This document shows, one piece after another, positions 53,263 through 62,285 of a stretch of DNA of 64,000 bases. A model generated the notes under the pieces. That model was not told where the DNA came from. It was given only the letters and a program-made list of their open reading frames with translations, and did not search any database. A program made the translations under genes and the position numbers. How positions within the stretch are numbered: position 1 is the first letter of the stretch; every line of letters begins with the position of its first letter. The DNA is from an uncultured delta proteobacterium (lineage in GTDB: Bacteria; Myxococcota_A; Polyangia; Polyangiales; Polyangiaceae): assembly GCA_963841435.1 (NCBI GenBank), contig CAWJCS010000002.1, positions 928,001-992,000 on the forward strand, written 5' to 3'.

Positions 53263-54816
53263 TCAGAAACCCATGTCGGGGGCGGCCCGCGCGGGGGTGG
53301 GCGGCGGCGCTTGTTTTTCCGTCGCACCCGTGGGTCGTGGCTCGCGGGGGCGGTGACGGACGGCCTTCGCGGCGGCGCGCACGGGCTCCGGGCGCGCTTC
53401 TGCGGTGGGCTCGTCGGGTGCGGCCACGCGCGGCGCGGCCGTTTGGGGGGGCGGTTGCGGGGGTGCGTTCGGCACGGGTGGAATTGCGGGGGAGTCCGCC
53501 GTGGCCGCGGGCGCTCCGGGGGGCGTCTCGATGGGCACGCCGGGGGCGGCGGTCGGCTCCGACGCCGTGTCGCTGGCTCGGCCAATCAGTGCCGCGATGA
53601 GCAGCGTCAGAATGCCGAGCGTCATGCCGGCGGCCGCCCACCAGACGAGCGGCGCATGTCGCCGGCGCGTGCGCGGCGTCGGCACGTGTTCGATGACGAC
53701 GTCCGGCGCGGCGGCTCGGAGGTCTCGCCCGGGCCGGCTCCGGCTGCGTAGCGTCCCCCCGTCGGCGCCGGCGGGCAGCGCTGGGTCGGCGGAACGTCCG
53801 GAAACGGGTGGTGCCTCGTCTCCCATCTGAATCGTGGCCGCGGCGTCGGGCGACATGTGACCGAGCATCGTGCTGCCCGGACCTTCGTCCTCGTCCGTGA
53901 TCGACGGCCGCGTGAGACGCCCGGCGGCGCCGGCCGCGTCCTGCAGGGCATCGATCATCTCGTCGGCGCTGTCGAAGCGATCCTCACGGTCGCGGGCGCA
54001 TGCCTTCTCGAACCAGGTGGAAAGCGCGGGTGGAAGCCAGGGCGCCGCCTTGCGGATCGGCGGCAGCTCCTCGGTGCAGATCGCCACGAGCACGTCGCTG
54101 TAGGAGGGGCCGTCGAAGGCATGGGAGCCCGTCACCATGTTGTAAAAGACCATGCCGAGCGAATAGAGGTCCGCTCTGAGGTCCACGCGGCTTGCGCCAC
54201 GGATTTGCTCGGGGCTCATGAAGAGCGGCGTGCCGACGATCGTGCCGGTCTTCGTGGTGGACGGCGCGTGGGCGTCGGTGAGCTTGGCGACGCCGAAGTC
54301 GAGCACTTTTGCCACCCAGCCGAGCTCGTCGTCGTCGCTCTTCGCGATGAAGATGTTCCCGGACTTGAGGTCGCGATGGATGATGCCCTGGGCGTGCGCG
54401 CGCGCGAGCGCTCGGCCGACGTGCGACGTGATGCGCACCGCGTCGCCGAGCCCGACGTCGTGTTGCCTCGTGAGCCGCTCCTCGAGCGTCTCGCCTTCGA
54501 GGTACTCCATCACGATGTACGGAGTGCCGTCGTGGGTGTGCCCGCTGTCGTAGACCTGCACGACGTGTCGCGACTTGAGCCGAGCGGCCGCCTTCGCCTC
54601 GAGGCTGAAGCGGAGCCGGGCATCGTTGGAGCCGGCCTGCTCGGCGCTGATGAGCTTGATGGCAACCTTCTGGCCGAGCGTCACGTGAACCGCGGCGAAG
54701 ACGGTTCCCATCGCGCCGCGTCCGAGCTCGTGCTCCAGGCGGTACTTGTCCGCGATCACGTCGCCCGGCGAGAAACTGCCGCCGGTGGAGCTGGGAAGGA
54801 CGACGGTGTCGCTCAT
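53263..54816 (-). CDS. Transmembrane Hanks-type Ser/Thr protein kinase
   Basis: LGRGAMG, VAIK, HRDLKSGN, DFG, GTPLFMSPE; TM helix; Pro/Ala-rich tail ending APDMGF. Confidence 0.93.
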   Translation of the reverse strand: MSDTVVLPSSTGGSFSPGDVIADKYRLEHELGRGAMGTVFAAVHVTLGQKVAIKLISAEQAGSNDARLRFSLEAKAAARLKSRHVVQVYDSGHTHDGTPYIVMEYLEGETLEERLTRQHDVGLGDAVRITSHVGRALARAHAQGIIHRDLKSGNIFIAKSDDDELGWVAKVLDFGVAKLTDAHAPSTTKTGTIVGTPLFMSPEQIRGASRVDLRADLYSLGMVFYNMVTGSHAFDGPSYSDVLVAICTEELPPIRKAAPWLPPALSTWFEKACARDREDRFDSADEMIDALQDAAGAAGRLTRPSITDEDEGPGSTMLGHMSPDAAATIQMGDEAPPVSGRSADPALPAGADGGTLRSRSRPGRDLRAAAPDVVIEHVPTPRTRRRHAPLVWWAAAGMTLGILTLLIAALIGRASDTASEPTAAPGVPIETPPGAPAATADSPAIPPVPNAPPQPPPQTAAPRVAAPDEPTAEARPEPVRAAAKAVRHRPREPRPTGATEKQAPPPTPARAAPDMGF

Positions 54817-55003
54817 GTCGCGCGCGCCCCCCGTTGCTTCGGGCGTGCTCTTCCAGTCTACGCCGCCCCGGCGGATCGGCGCCAATCTGCGGCAAAACGG
54901 CCAACATTTGCTCGCAGCCCGCGGTTGACCGGCCCCCGCATCGGGGTAGTATCCGCGCCCCGGCGACGAGCCGCTTTCCCCGACGGGACCTTTCTCGAAA
55001 CAC

Positions 55004-55075
55004 GGCGCGGTAGCCAAGTGGTTAGGCAACGGTTTGCAAAACCGTCACACGTCGGTTCGAATCCGATCCGCGCCT
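55004..55075 (+). tRNA. tRNA-Cys (GCA), CCA not encoded
   Basis: Acceptor GGCGCGG/CCGCGCC, anticodon arm ACGGT-TTGCAAA-ACCGT, T arm GTCGG-TTCGAAT-CCGAT, U discriminator. Confidence 0.95.
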
Positions 55076-55263
55076 CCGGCTCGCAGGCTCGCCTCGGGCG
55101 CGGTTCGGTTCAAGCCTGTCGCCTCCGCCAGGTGGCGGAGGCTTCGCGGGCGAATCCGATCCGCGCCTCCGGCTCGCAGGCTCGCCTCGGGCGCGGTTCG
55201 GTTCAAGCCTGTCGCCTCCGCCAGGTGGCGGAGGCTTCGCGGGCGAATCCGATCCGCGCACCA
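55058..55263 (+). repeat. tRNA-linked 93-bp tandem repeat
   Basis: CGAATCCGATCCGCGC at 55058, 55151, 55244; two identical 93-bp units; GGCGCGGT at 55004, 55097, 55190. Confidence 0.95.
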
Positions 55264-55289
55264 TTCGACGACCGAGGGGGAGAAGCGGG

Positions 55290-56162
55290 ATGAAGCTTCG
55301 TTCCGTGCTCCTCACGGCGGTCGCGCTCTTGTGCTTCGCGGGCAATTCCATCTTGTGCCGGCTCGCGCTCGCCGAGCGGCGCATCGATGCGGCATCGTTC
55401 ACTGCGGTGCGCCTCGCGAGCGGCGCCGCACTGCTCGTCCTTCTGGCGCGCCGGCGGCCACGCGCGGCCGTCGGCGCGGCCGCGGCGCGGGGACGCTACC
55501 TGTCGGCACTTTCGCTGTTCGCGTACGCGGCGCCTTTCTCGTATGCGTATCTCGTGCTCGGCGCCGCCATGGGCGCGCTCATCCTGTTCGCCGTCGTGCA
55601 GGTCACGATGCTCGGCTGGGGTGTCGCGCGGGGCGAGCGTCCGACGCCGCTCGCCTGGGTCGGCATCGCCCTGGCTCTCGGCGGGCTCGTCTGGCTCACG
55701 TTGCCCGGACGTTCCGCGCCCGACGCGCTCGGTGCCGCGCTGATGGCGACGGCCGGTGTCGCGTGGGGCGCGTACTCGCTCTACGGTCGTGGAAAAACCG
55801 GAGACCCGGTCGTCGCCACCTCGGCGGCGTTCCTGCGCGCGCTGCCGTTCGGTGCCGTTCTGCTCGGCATCGCCGCGGCCGTGTCGGGGCTGCACGCGGG
55901 CTCGGCTGGCGTCGCGCTCGCCGCAGCATCCGGCGCGATCGCGTCCGGTCTCGGCTACAGCGTGTGGTACGCGGCGCTCCGGCACCTCTCCGCGACGCGC
56001 GCAGCCGTCGTGCAGCTTCTCACTCCCGTGCTTGCCGCCGCGGGCGCCGTGCTCGTGCTCGGGGAATCGTTGTTGACGCGCCTCGTCTTTTCGAGCCTCG
56101 CGATTCTCGGCGGTGTCGCCGTGACGATTCGCGAGCGCGAGGCGCCGCGTCGCATCGCGTGA
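55290..56162 (+). CDS. DMT/EamA family transporter
   Basis: About 10 TM; FAGNSILCRLAL, SGLGYSVWY, AAVVQLLTPV. Confidence 0.9.
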   Translation: MKLRSVLLTAVALLCFAGNSILCRLALAERRIDAASFTAVRLASGAALLVLLARRRPRAAVGAAAARGRYLSALSLFAYAAPFSYAYLVLGAAMGALILFAVVQVTMLGWGVARGERPTPLAWVGIALALGGLVWLTLPGRSAPDALGAALMATAGVAWGAYSLYGRGKTGDPVVATSAAFLRALPFGAVLLGIAAAVSGLHAGSAGVALAAASGAIASGLGYSVWYAALRHLSATRAAVVQLLTPVLAAAGAVLVLGESLLTRLVFSSLAILGGVAVTIREREAPRRIA

Positions 56163-56471
56163 GGGCCTGAGCGGTCGCGTCCGCGCGAGGCGCTGCGCGG
56201 TGGGTTCGCTACGGGCCAGGGATGCGGGCCGGACCGCGATTCGCGAGCGGCGTGAAACGCCACGGTCCGGCTACCCGGTCGAAACGCGGTTGGCAGCACG
56301 GATTTTGCCTTGCAGGTTCACCACATCCGCCTACACTCGGCGCCGCCATCCCCGGCTCAGACTAAAATCTTTAGTTCTTTCGATTACTTGGTCATGAATT
56401 CACGCTTGAGCAACCGACCCGGCCTAATGGCCGATACCTCGCAAATTACCGCTCGGGGTGTATTCGTTTTG

Positions 56472-57635
56472 CTACAGCCTGGACCGGCCCGCGAGCAGCT
56501 CGGCGTAGACCTCGAACAGGGCGGCGTAGTGGCCGCGCGTCGTGGGGATGGTGCTCGCGCGGTCGCGGGCGAGCTGCGAGAGCTCGTCGCGGGGCCGGCC
56601 AAGCACGGCTTCGATGGCGCGCGCCGCGGCTCGGGGACCGCCGAAAGCAGGGTACGTCTCGGCGAAGCCCGCGCCCGCGAGGTCTGCGGCGCCACCGCGA
56701 TCGGGCGCAGCGAGCGGCGTGCCGGAGGCGAGGCACTCGGCGAGCAAGAAGCCGAAGGTCTCGCACAGCGAGCCGTGAGCGAGCGCATCGACCGTCGAAA
56801 GCAAGCGAGCGTACTCGGCGCGATCGCGCGTGAAGCGCAGGACCGTAAAGTGCGGCAGCCGCCGACCCTGGGTCTCGAGTCGCTCGCGCTCGGGACCGTC
56901 GCCGAGCAAGACCAGTGCAATGGGACGCGTCCGGGCCACGAGCTCGAGCGCATCGAGCACGAGCCGCTGGCGCTTGTCGGCGGCGAGCCGGCCGGCGACG
57001 AGCACGAGCCGGGCCTCGGGGTCGGACGCGAGCGGGCCGAGCAGCTCGCGCCTGAGCGCTTCGTCGCGCCGCTCGGGACCGAAGCCGTCCTGATCGATGC
57101 CGAAGCGCACCGTGCGAACGCGCGGACAGCCGTGCTTTCGGAGCTCGGTTTCCAGCCATTCGCCGGCGACGATCGTCGCGTCTGCGCGCCGCGAAACGGC
57201 GCGCAGGTAAGCCCAGCCCATGCTTTCGAGCGGCCTGCCGAGCGCGCTCTTCGCGGCGAGCGGAGCGAGGTAACAACCGATCGGATCCGCGTGATGCACG
57301 TAGGTGCGGAGCGGCACCTCGAGGCGGCTCGCGACCCACATCGGAACGAAGGGGCTCGAAACCTGGAGCACGTCCGGTGCGTAGCGCCGCACGAGCTCGC
57401 GCATACGGCGGAGCGCGAGCGGCGCATGGTAACTCGGGTCATACGGCATCTTCGGTGCGCGGTAGCGCACGATGCGCCCGCCGTTGCCGACCGTGCTCTC
57501 TTCGTCGCGGGGTCCAGGGGCGACGACCACCACTTCGTGACCGAGCTCCCCAGCGTGGTGGAGCATCTTGTCCAGGTACGAGCGCACACCACCTCCACGC
57601 TCCGAATAGAACTCGGCTAGGTCGAGGACCCGCAT
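56472..57635 (-). CDS. Family 4 glycosyltransferase
   Basis: FYSERGGGVRSY, AGRLAADK, GDGPER, CETFGFLLAECLASGTP. Confidence 0.88.
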   Translation of the reverse strand: MRVLDLAEFYSERGGGVRSYLDKMLHHAGELGHEVVVVAPGPRDEESTVGNGGRIVRYRAPKMPYDPSYHAPLALRRMRELVRRYAPDVLQVSSPFVPMWVASRLEVPLRTYVHHADPIGCYLAPLAAKSALGRPLESMGWAYLRAVSRRADATIVAGEWLETELRKHGCPRVRTVRFGIDQDGFGPERRDEALRRELLGPLASDPEARLVLVAGRLAADKRQRLVLDALELVARTRPIALVLLGDGPERERLETQGRRLPHFTVLRFTRDRAEYARLLSTVDALAHGSLCETFGFLLAECLASGTPLAAPDRGGAADLAGAGFAETYPAFGGPRAAARAIEAVLGRPRDELSQLARDRASTIPTTRGHYAALFEVYAELLAGRSRL

Positions 57636-59079
57636 GTCGCAATCGCGAATATCAGAAACAGCTCTTTCCAGTAAGCCGCACGTGCCGGCCGAGGACGTCC
57701 CGTTCCCGCGCCGCATCGGCATCCTCAACGACTACGTGCGCATCCCTTACGCGAACGGCTCCTCCTTCGCGTCGCAGCTGCTTTACCGGGAATTCTCCGC
57801 CCGCGGGCACGCCGTCACGGTCGTGGGCCCTTCCGATCCGCTCGCGACGGACGCCGACTTGCCGCGGCACCACGTGATCCTGCCGAGCCTGCCGCTGCGC
57901 ATCCACCCGGGGGTGCACTTGCCGTTGCCGTCGCGCGTTTCGCTGAACGAGGTGGCGAGCAAGAACTTCGACGTGATGCTCGCGCAGACCGGCTCCGGCC
58001 TCCAGGAGCTCGGCGTGTGGCTCCGGCGCACGCACGGCGTGCCGTTCCTGTGCGTCAACACCATTCACCTGCCGAGCGTGTACGACGTGCTGTTGCCGGA
58101 CAGTCTGCACGCGAGCCCGCGCTTCACGGCGTTCTGCCGGGACAACGTGATGCCGTTCGTGGAAGCCCACGCCGTGCGCATCTACAACGGGAGCGACGGG
58201 CTCGTCGTGCTCTCGGAAGGGCTGGCTCGCTACTGGCGCGAGCGCGGCGTCACCGTGCCGATCCACGTGATTCCCCGCTCCATCGATCACAAAATCTTCG
58301 ACCGCCGCGAGCTCTTCGATCCGTATCCGGCGAGCGCGCCGCGCGGTCGGCGCCTGCTCTGCGTGTGCCGCCACACGCGCGAGAAGTCGGTGAGCCGGCT
58401 GCTCAAGATTTTCGCCGAGCTCGTGGCCCCCGCCGTGCCCGACGCCACGCTGACGCTCGTCGGCGACGGGCCCGACCACGACGTGTTCCGTGCCGAGGCG
58501 CTCGAGCTCGGCATCGCCGATCGCGTGCATTTCCCGGGAGAGCAGTCGCTCACGGAGGTCGTCGCCTGGTACCAGCACGCCGACCTGTTCGTGTACGCGT
58601 CGCTCTCGGAGACCTACGGTCAAGTCGTGAGCGAGGCGCTGTTCTCGGGCGTCGCGACCGTGGCGTTCGAGGACGGCATGGGTGTGTCGCAGCAGATCGA
58701 GTCGGGCAAGACCGGTGTGCTCGTACCGCCGGGTCCCGACGAGCGGGCCGCGAACTGGCGTTTCGCCGGTGAGGTGGCGACGCTCCTGCGCGAGCCTGCG
58801 CGGCGCGCTGCGCTCGGGCACGCCGCTCGCTTGGCGGCGCGCGAGCGGTCGCGCGCGGAGCACGCCGTCGCCCGCTACTACGAAGCCTTCGAGTCGGCGC
58901 GCGAGCACTGCCTGCGCACGAGCCATGGCTCTCGCCAGCGCGCCTTCTTGCCGCTCGCGCGCTGGGCCGCGCTGCACGTGGCCACGGCGGCGCTCGGGAC
59001 GCTGCGCCCGCCCGCGGTCCTCAACCGCAACCAGCGCCGGCAGCCTGCCTGGGACGGCATCGAGCTCGTCGACGCCTGA
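57634..59079 (+). CDS. Family 4 glycosyltransferase (diacylglycerol glucosyltransferase-like); true start may be GTG 57682
   Basis: CRHTREK, VGDGPD, YASLSETYGQVVSEA. Confidence 0.85.
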   Translation: MSQSRISETALSSKPHVPAEDVPFPRRIGILNDYVRIPYANGSSFASQLLYREFSARGHAVTVVGPSDPLATDADLPRHHVILPSLPLRIHPGVHLPLPSRVSLNEVASKNFDVMLAQTGSGLQELGVWLRRTHGVPFLCVNTIHLPSVYDVLLPDSLHASPRFTAFCRDNVMPFVEAHAVRIYNGSDGLVVLSEGLARYWRERGVTVPIHVIPRSIDHKIFDRRELFDPYPASAPRGRRLLCVCRHTREKSVSRLLKIFAELVAPAVPDATLTLVGDGPDHDVFRAEALELGIADRVHFPGEQSLTEVVAWYQHADLFVYASLSETYGQVVSEALFSGVATVAFEDGMGVSQQIESGKTGVLVPPGPDERAANWRFAGEVATLLREPARRAALGHAARLAARERSRAEHAVARYYEAFESAREHCLRTSHGSRQRAFLPLARWAALHVATAALGTLRPPAVLNRNQRRQPAWDGIELVDA

Positions 59080-59100
59080 CGCCGCGCGCTCGAGCGGCCC

Positions 59101-59949
59101 TCAGGTTTTCTTGCCGACGTCGAGGGTGAGCCCCTCGTGGGCGACCGAGAGCTCGACGTCCTTCTCGTGCTCGGCGAGCCACGCCTTGGAGCTCTTGCCG
59201 ATGGCGTCGAGCGCGTCGTCCGAGCGGTCCGGATCATGATGGAACAGGACGAGCCGGCCGGGATGCGCGAACTGTCCGAGCGAGAGCACGTCGCCAATCA
59301 GCGAATGCCCGAAGCCGCGCTTGTGCGGCATATCGGACGGGACGTACTGCGAGTCGTGGATGAGCACGCTCACCGCGTCGGCGAAACGCGCTAAATCGTC
59401 CACCGTCACGACGGTGCGCGTGGCGTTGATTTCGTTGTCCGTGAGGTAAGCGACGGAGGAGCCGTCGTCGTCGTCGACGCGGAAGCCCTGCGCGCCCCCC
59501 GGGTGGTTGAGCTGGATGCGTCGCACGCGTGCCGAGCCGACGCGCCAGATGTCGCCCTCGGGCCGCGCGAACTCGACCTTCGAGGGGATGTCGTTGACGC
59601 TCACGGGGAAGTGGATGTCGTCGAAGATGTTGCGCTGGAATCTCTCCTGCGCCTCGTTCGCGAGCGGGTAGACGAGCAGGTGGCTGCTCTTGTCGTAGAG
59701 CGGGGCGAAGAAGGGCAGCCCCATGACGTGGTCCCAATGCGTGTGCGAAAGGAACAGATGCACCGGCGACGAGCGCCCTTCACGCACCAGGATCTTGCCG
59801 AGCTCCCGCAGACCCGTGCCCGCGTCGAGTACGAGCGTCGACCCGTCGGAAAGGCGAACCTCGACGCACGACGTATTGCCGCCGTAGCGGGAGGTCTGTG
59901 GCCCGGGCGCGGGGACCGACCCCCTCACTCCGTGGAATGTCACGCGCAT
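59101..59949 (-). CDS. MBL-fold metallo-hydrolase
   Basis: GVRGSVPAPG, YGGNTSC, DAGTG, SHTHWDH, HDSQY, FHHDP. Confidence 0.9.
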   Translation of the reverse strand: MRVTFHGVRGSVPAPGPQTSRYGGNTSCVEVRLSDGSTLVLDAGTGLRELGKILVREGRSSPVHLFLSHTHWDHVMGLPFFAPLYDKSSHLLVYPLANEAQERFQRNIFDDIHFPVSVNDIPSKVEFARPEGDIWRVGSARVRRIQLNHPGGAQGFRVDDDDGSSVAYLTDNEINATRTVVTVDDLARFADAVSVLIHDSQYVPSDMPHKRGFGHSLIGDVLSLGQFAHPGRLVLFHHDPDRSDDALDAIGKSSKAWLAEHEKDVELSVAHEGLTLDVGKKT

Positions 59950-60100
59950 CGGTCGCCCCACTCTACCCGCTAGACTAGCCATTTTCGATAGCCTCGAAGC
60001 GGACCGGCCCATTTTGCCCACGAGGCCGACGGCGCGGCGTCCGAGCCCCGGGCCGATGCTCGGGGCGAGCCGGCCTTTACGGGGCTATGCTTCGTGATCG

Positions 60101-60661
60101 ATGTCGCTCGCTCCCGGGTTTCTGGTCGCGGCACCACCGCTCGGCGATCCCAACTTCGATCGCTCGGTCGTGCTGCTCGCCGCTCACGGACCGGAGGGTG
60201 CCTTCGGCTGGGTGATCAACGGCCGGAGCTTGATGACCATGGGCGAGCTCCTGCTGCGCGCCGAGATCACCGAGTCGGCGCAAGAGCTCGCGGGTAGCGT
60301 CCGCGTGGGGGGACCGGTCGGTGCGGACCAGGTCTGGATCATCTATCGATCGGACCCGCGCTTTTCGGACATCGAAGGCGAGCTCGAGATCGGAGGGGGT
60401 GTAGCCGCGTCCGCCTCCCGGCGCGTGCTCGAGGTGCTCGCCGACGGCGCCGTGCCGAGCGGCATGCTCGCCGTCGTGGGGTACGCGGGCTGGGCGCCTT
60501 CGCAGCTCGAGTCCGAGATCCGGCGCGGGTCCTGGTTGCCGACCGACTTCGCGGCGTCCCTGCTCTTCGACGTGCCGAGCGATCGCATCTGGTACGCCGC
60601 CTACGAGCGCATCGGGGCGACGCCGATGTCCTTCACGAGCCGCACCGTCGGCTCCGCCTGA
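60101..60661 (+). CDS. YqgE/AlgH family protein
   Basis: LVAAPPLGDPNFDRSVV, GGPV, GYAGWAPSQLESE. Confidence 0.9.
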   Translation: MSLAPGFLVAAPPLGDPNFDRSVVLLAAHGPEGAFGWVINGRSLMTMGELLLRAEITESAQELAGSVRVGGPVGADQVWIIYRSDPRFSDIEGELEIGGGVAASASRRVLEVLADGAVPSGMLAVVGYAGWAPSQLESEIRRGSWLPTDFAASLLFDVPSDRIWYAAYERIGATPMSFTSRTVGSA

Positions 60662-60676
60662 GGCGCCCCGGGGCGC

Positions 60677-61321
60677 TCACACCGAGGCTTCGCTCACGAG
60701 CGGAACGAACACGCAGCGGACGCGGCGCTCCCACGAAATGTCGGCGGCCGGTCCCCGCCGGCCGACCAGCAGCGTCTGCAGACGTTGCTCGCCGACGGGC
60801 ACCGCGATGCGACCGCCGACCGCGAGCTGCCCGACCAGGGCGCGTGGCGTGGCGCGCGCTCCGGCCGAGACCAGGATCACGTCGAACGGCGCCCCATCGG
60901 GCAAGCCGAGCTCGCCGTTGCCGTGGTGGACCTGCACGTTTTCGTAGCCGAGCTCGGCAAGCGTGTGCGCGGCGCGCTCGGCGAGCGCCGGGCGGATCTC
61001 GACGGCATCCACCGAGGCGACCAGCTTCGATAGCACGGCCGCCGCGTAGCCCGAGCCCGCTCCGACCTCGAGCGCGCGCTCGTGCGGGGCGGGCGCGAGC
61101 GCGTCGAGCATGAGCGCCACCATGCTCGGCTGACTGATGGTCTGGTCCTCGCCGATCGGGAGCGCGCGGTCCTCGTAGGCCTGGTCGCGCAGCGGCTCGG
61201 GCACGAAGCGCTCGCGCGGCACGCTGGCGAATGCGGACAGAATGCGGGTGTCGGTCACGCCGCTCTCCGCGATCGAGCCGAGCAGTCGCTTTCGCGCGGT
61301 CCCGTGGTCGAAAGGCCCCAT
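60677..61321 (-). CDS. pcm: Protein-L-isoaspartate O-methyltransferase
   Basis: VPRERFV, AYEDRALPIG, QTISQP, LEVGAGSGY, APFDVI, FVPL. Confidence 0.92.
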   Translation of the reverse strand: MGPFDHGTARKRLLGSIAESGVTDTRILSAFASVPRERFVPEPLRDQAYEDRALPIGEDQTISQPSMVALMLDALAPAPHERALEVGAGSGYAAAVLSKLVASVDAVEIRPALAERAAHTLAELGYENVQVHHGNGELGLPDGAPFDVILVSAGARATPRALVGQLAVGGRIAVPVGEQRLQTLLVGRRGPAADISWERRVRCVFVPLVSEASV

Positions 61322-61394
61322 GCGCACATCCTTGCCATCGAATGCCGGGTTTGCAACGGCCCCCGACGATGACAAGCTCTCTCGTCGAGAGCAT

Positions 61395-62261
61395 TTGCGA
61401 AACCGTGCGTTCTTCTGGTTGGGTTTGCCGCTCGTCGGCGTGCTCCTCCTCTTGCCTTGCGGCGTGCGACGGCAAGCGCACGCGGCGGGCTCGTCGGAAG
61501 CATCGGCGCGCCGCTGCCCTCCCGAGATGGTGGAGGTACGCGGGTTTTGCATCGACCGCTGGGAGCTATCGACGGTCAACAAGCTGACGGCGCAGCCACT
61601 TTCGCCGTACTACCCGCCCAATCCCGTGCAAGTGAAGGAAGTGCGCGAGTATTGGTCGTTCGCGGCGCCGACCTTCGGGGACGAAGCGGCGGCGCGCATG
61701 CCGTTGCCCGCGCTTCCCGGGTGGCAAGCCACGCATCGCTTCGAGCCCAAGGCCGTGTCTCGGCCCGGCGCCGTACCGCAGGGCTATCTCACCTACTACG
61801 CTGCGAAACGCGCCTGCGAGAACGCGGGAAAGCGGCTCTGCACCGAGCGCGAGTGGGTGACGGCTTGCGGCGGCGAGCAGGGGCGAAAATTTCCGTACGG
61901 CGACCGCTATCAATCCTCGGTCTGCAACGTGTTTCGGAGCTTTCACCCGGCCTTCGTGTTGCACCGAAATAGCTCGCTCGGACACCTCGACCCTCGCCTG
62001 AACCTGCTCGTCGAGAACGGCGACCCGCTCCTGCGCCTCACGGGAGCGACGCCGCGCTGCGTGAGCCGCTGGGGCAAAGACGGCGTCGCCGACATGGTGG
62101 GCAACATCGACGAATGGGTCGAAGGCGAGGATCGGCCCGTGTTCGTCGGAGGCTTTTACGCTCGCTCGACGAACAAGGGGTGCGAGGCGAAAGTCAACGT
62201 TCACGCGCCCGCCTACTACGACTATTCGACTGGCGGCCGCTGCTGCAAAGACCCGGGCTGA
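61395..62261 (+). CDS. Secreted FGE-sulfatase (SUMF1/EgtB/PvdO) fold protein
   Basis: CPPEMVEV, FCIDRWE, GKRLCTEREW, FPYG, DMVGNIDEW, GRCC; start uncertain (TTG). Confidence 0.8.
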   Translation: MRNRAFFWLGLPLVGVLLLLPCGVRRQAHAAGSSEASARRCPPEMVEVRGFCIDRWELSTVNKLTAQPLSPYYPPNPVQVKEVREYWSFAAPTFGDEAAARMPLPALPGWQATHRFEPKAVSRPGAVPQGYLTYYAAKRACENAGKRLCTEREWVTACGGEQGRKFPYGDRYQSSVCNVFRSFHPAFVLHRNSSLGHLDPRLNLLVENGDPLLRLTGATPRCVSRWGKDGVADMVGNIDEWVEGEDRPVFVGGFYARSTNKGCEAKVNVHAPAYYDYSTGGRCCKDPG

Positions 62262-62285
62262 GTGGCGTGCTAATCTCGACTTCGG

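Noticed and set aside
55058-55263. CRISPR array
   Set aside because: Intervening sequences are identical rather than variable spacers, the repeat is a tRNA end, and no cas genes are present
55097-55263. Additional functional tRNA genes
   Set aside because: No D arm and no 7-nt anticodon loop; central hairpin has a 4-nt loop
61395-62261. Diversity-generating retroelement target (FGE/CLec fold; also the lectin at 51053)
   Set aside because: No reverse transcriptase and no template/variable repeat pair in the window
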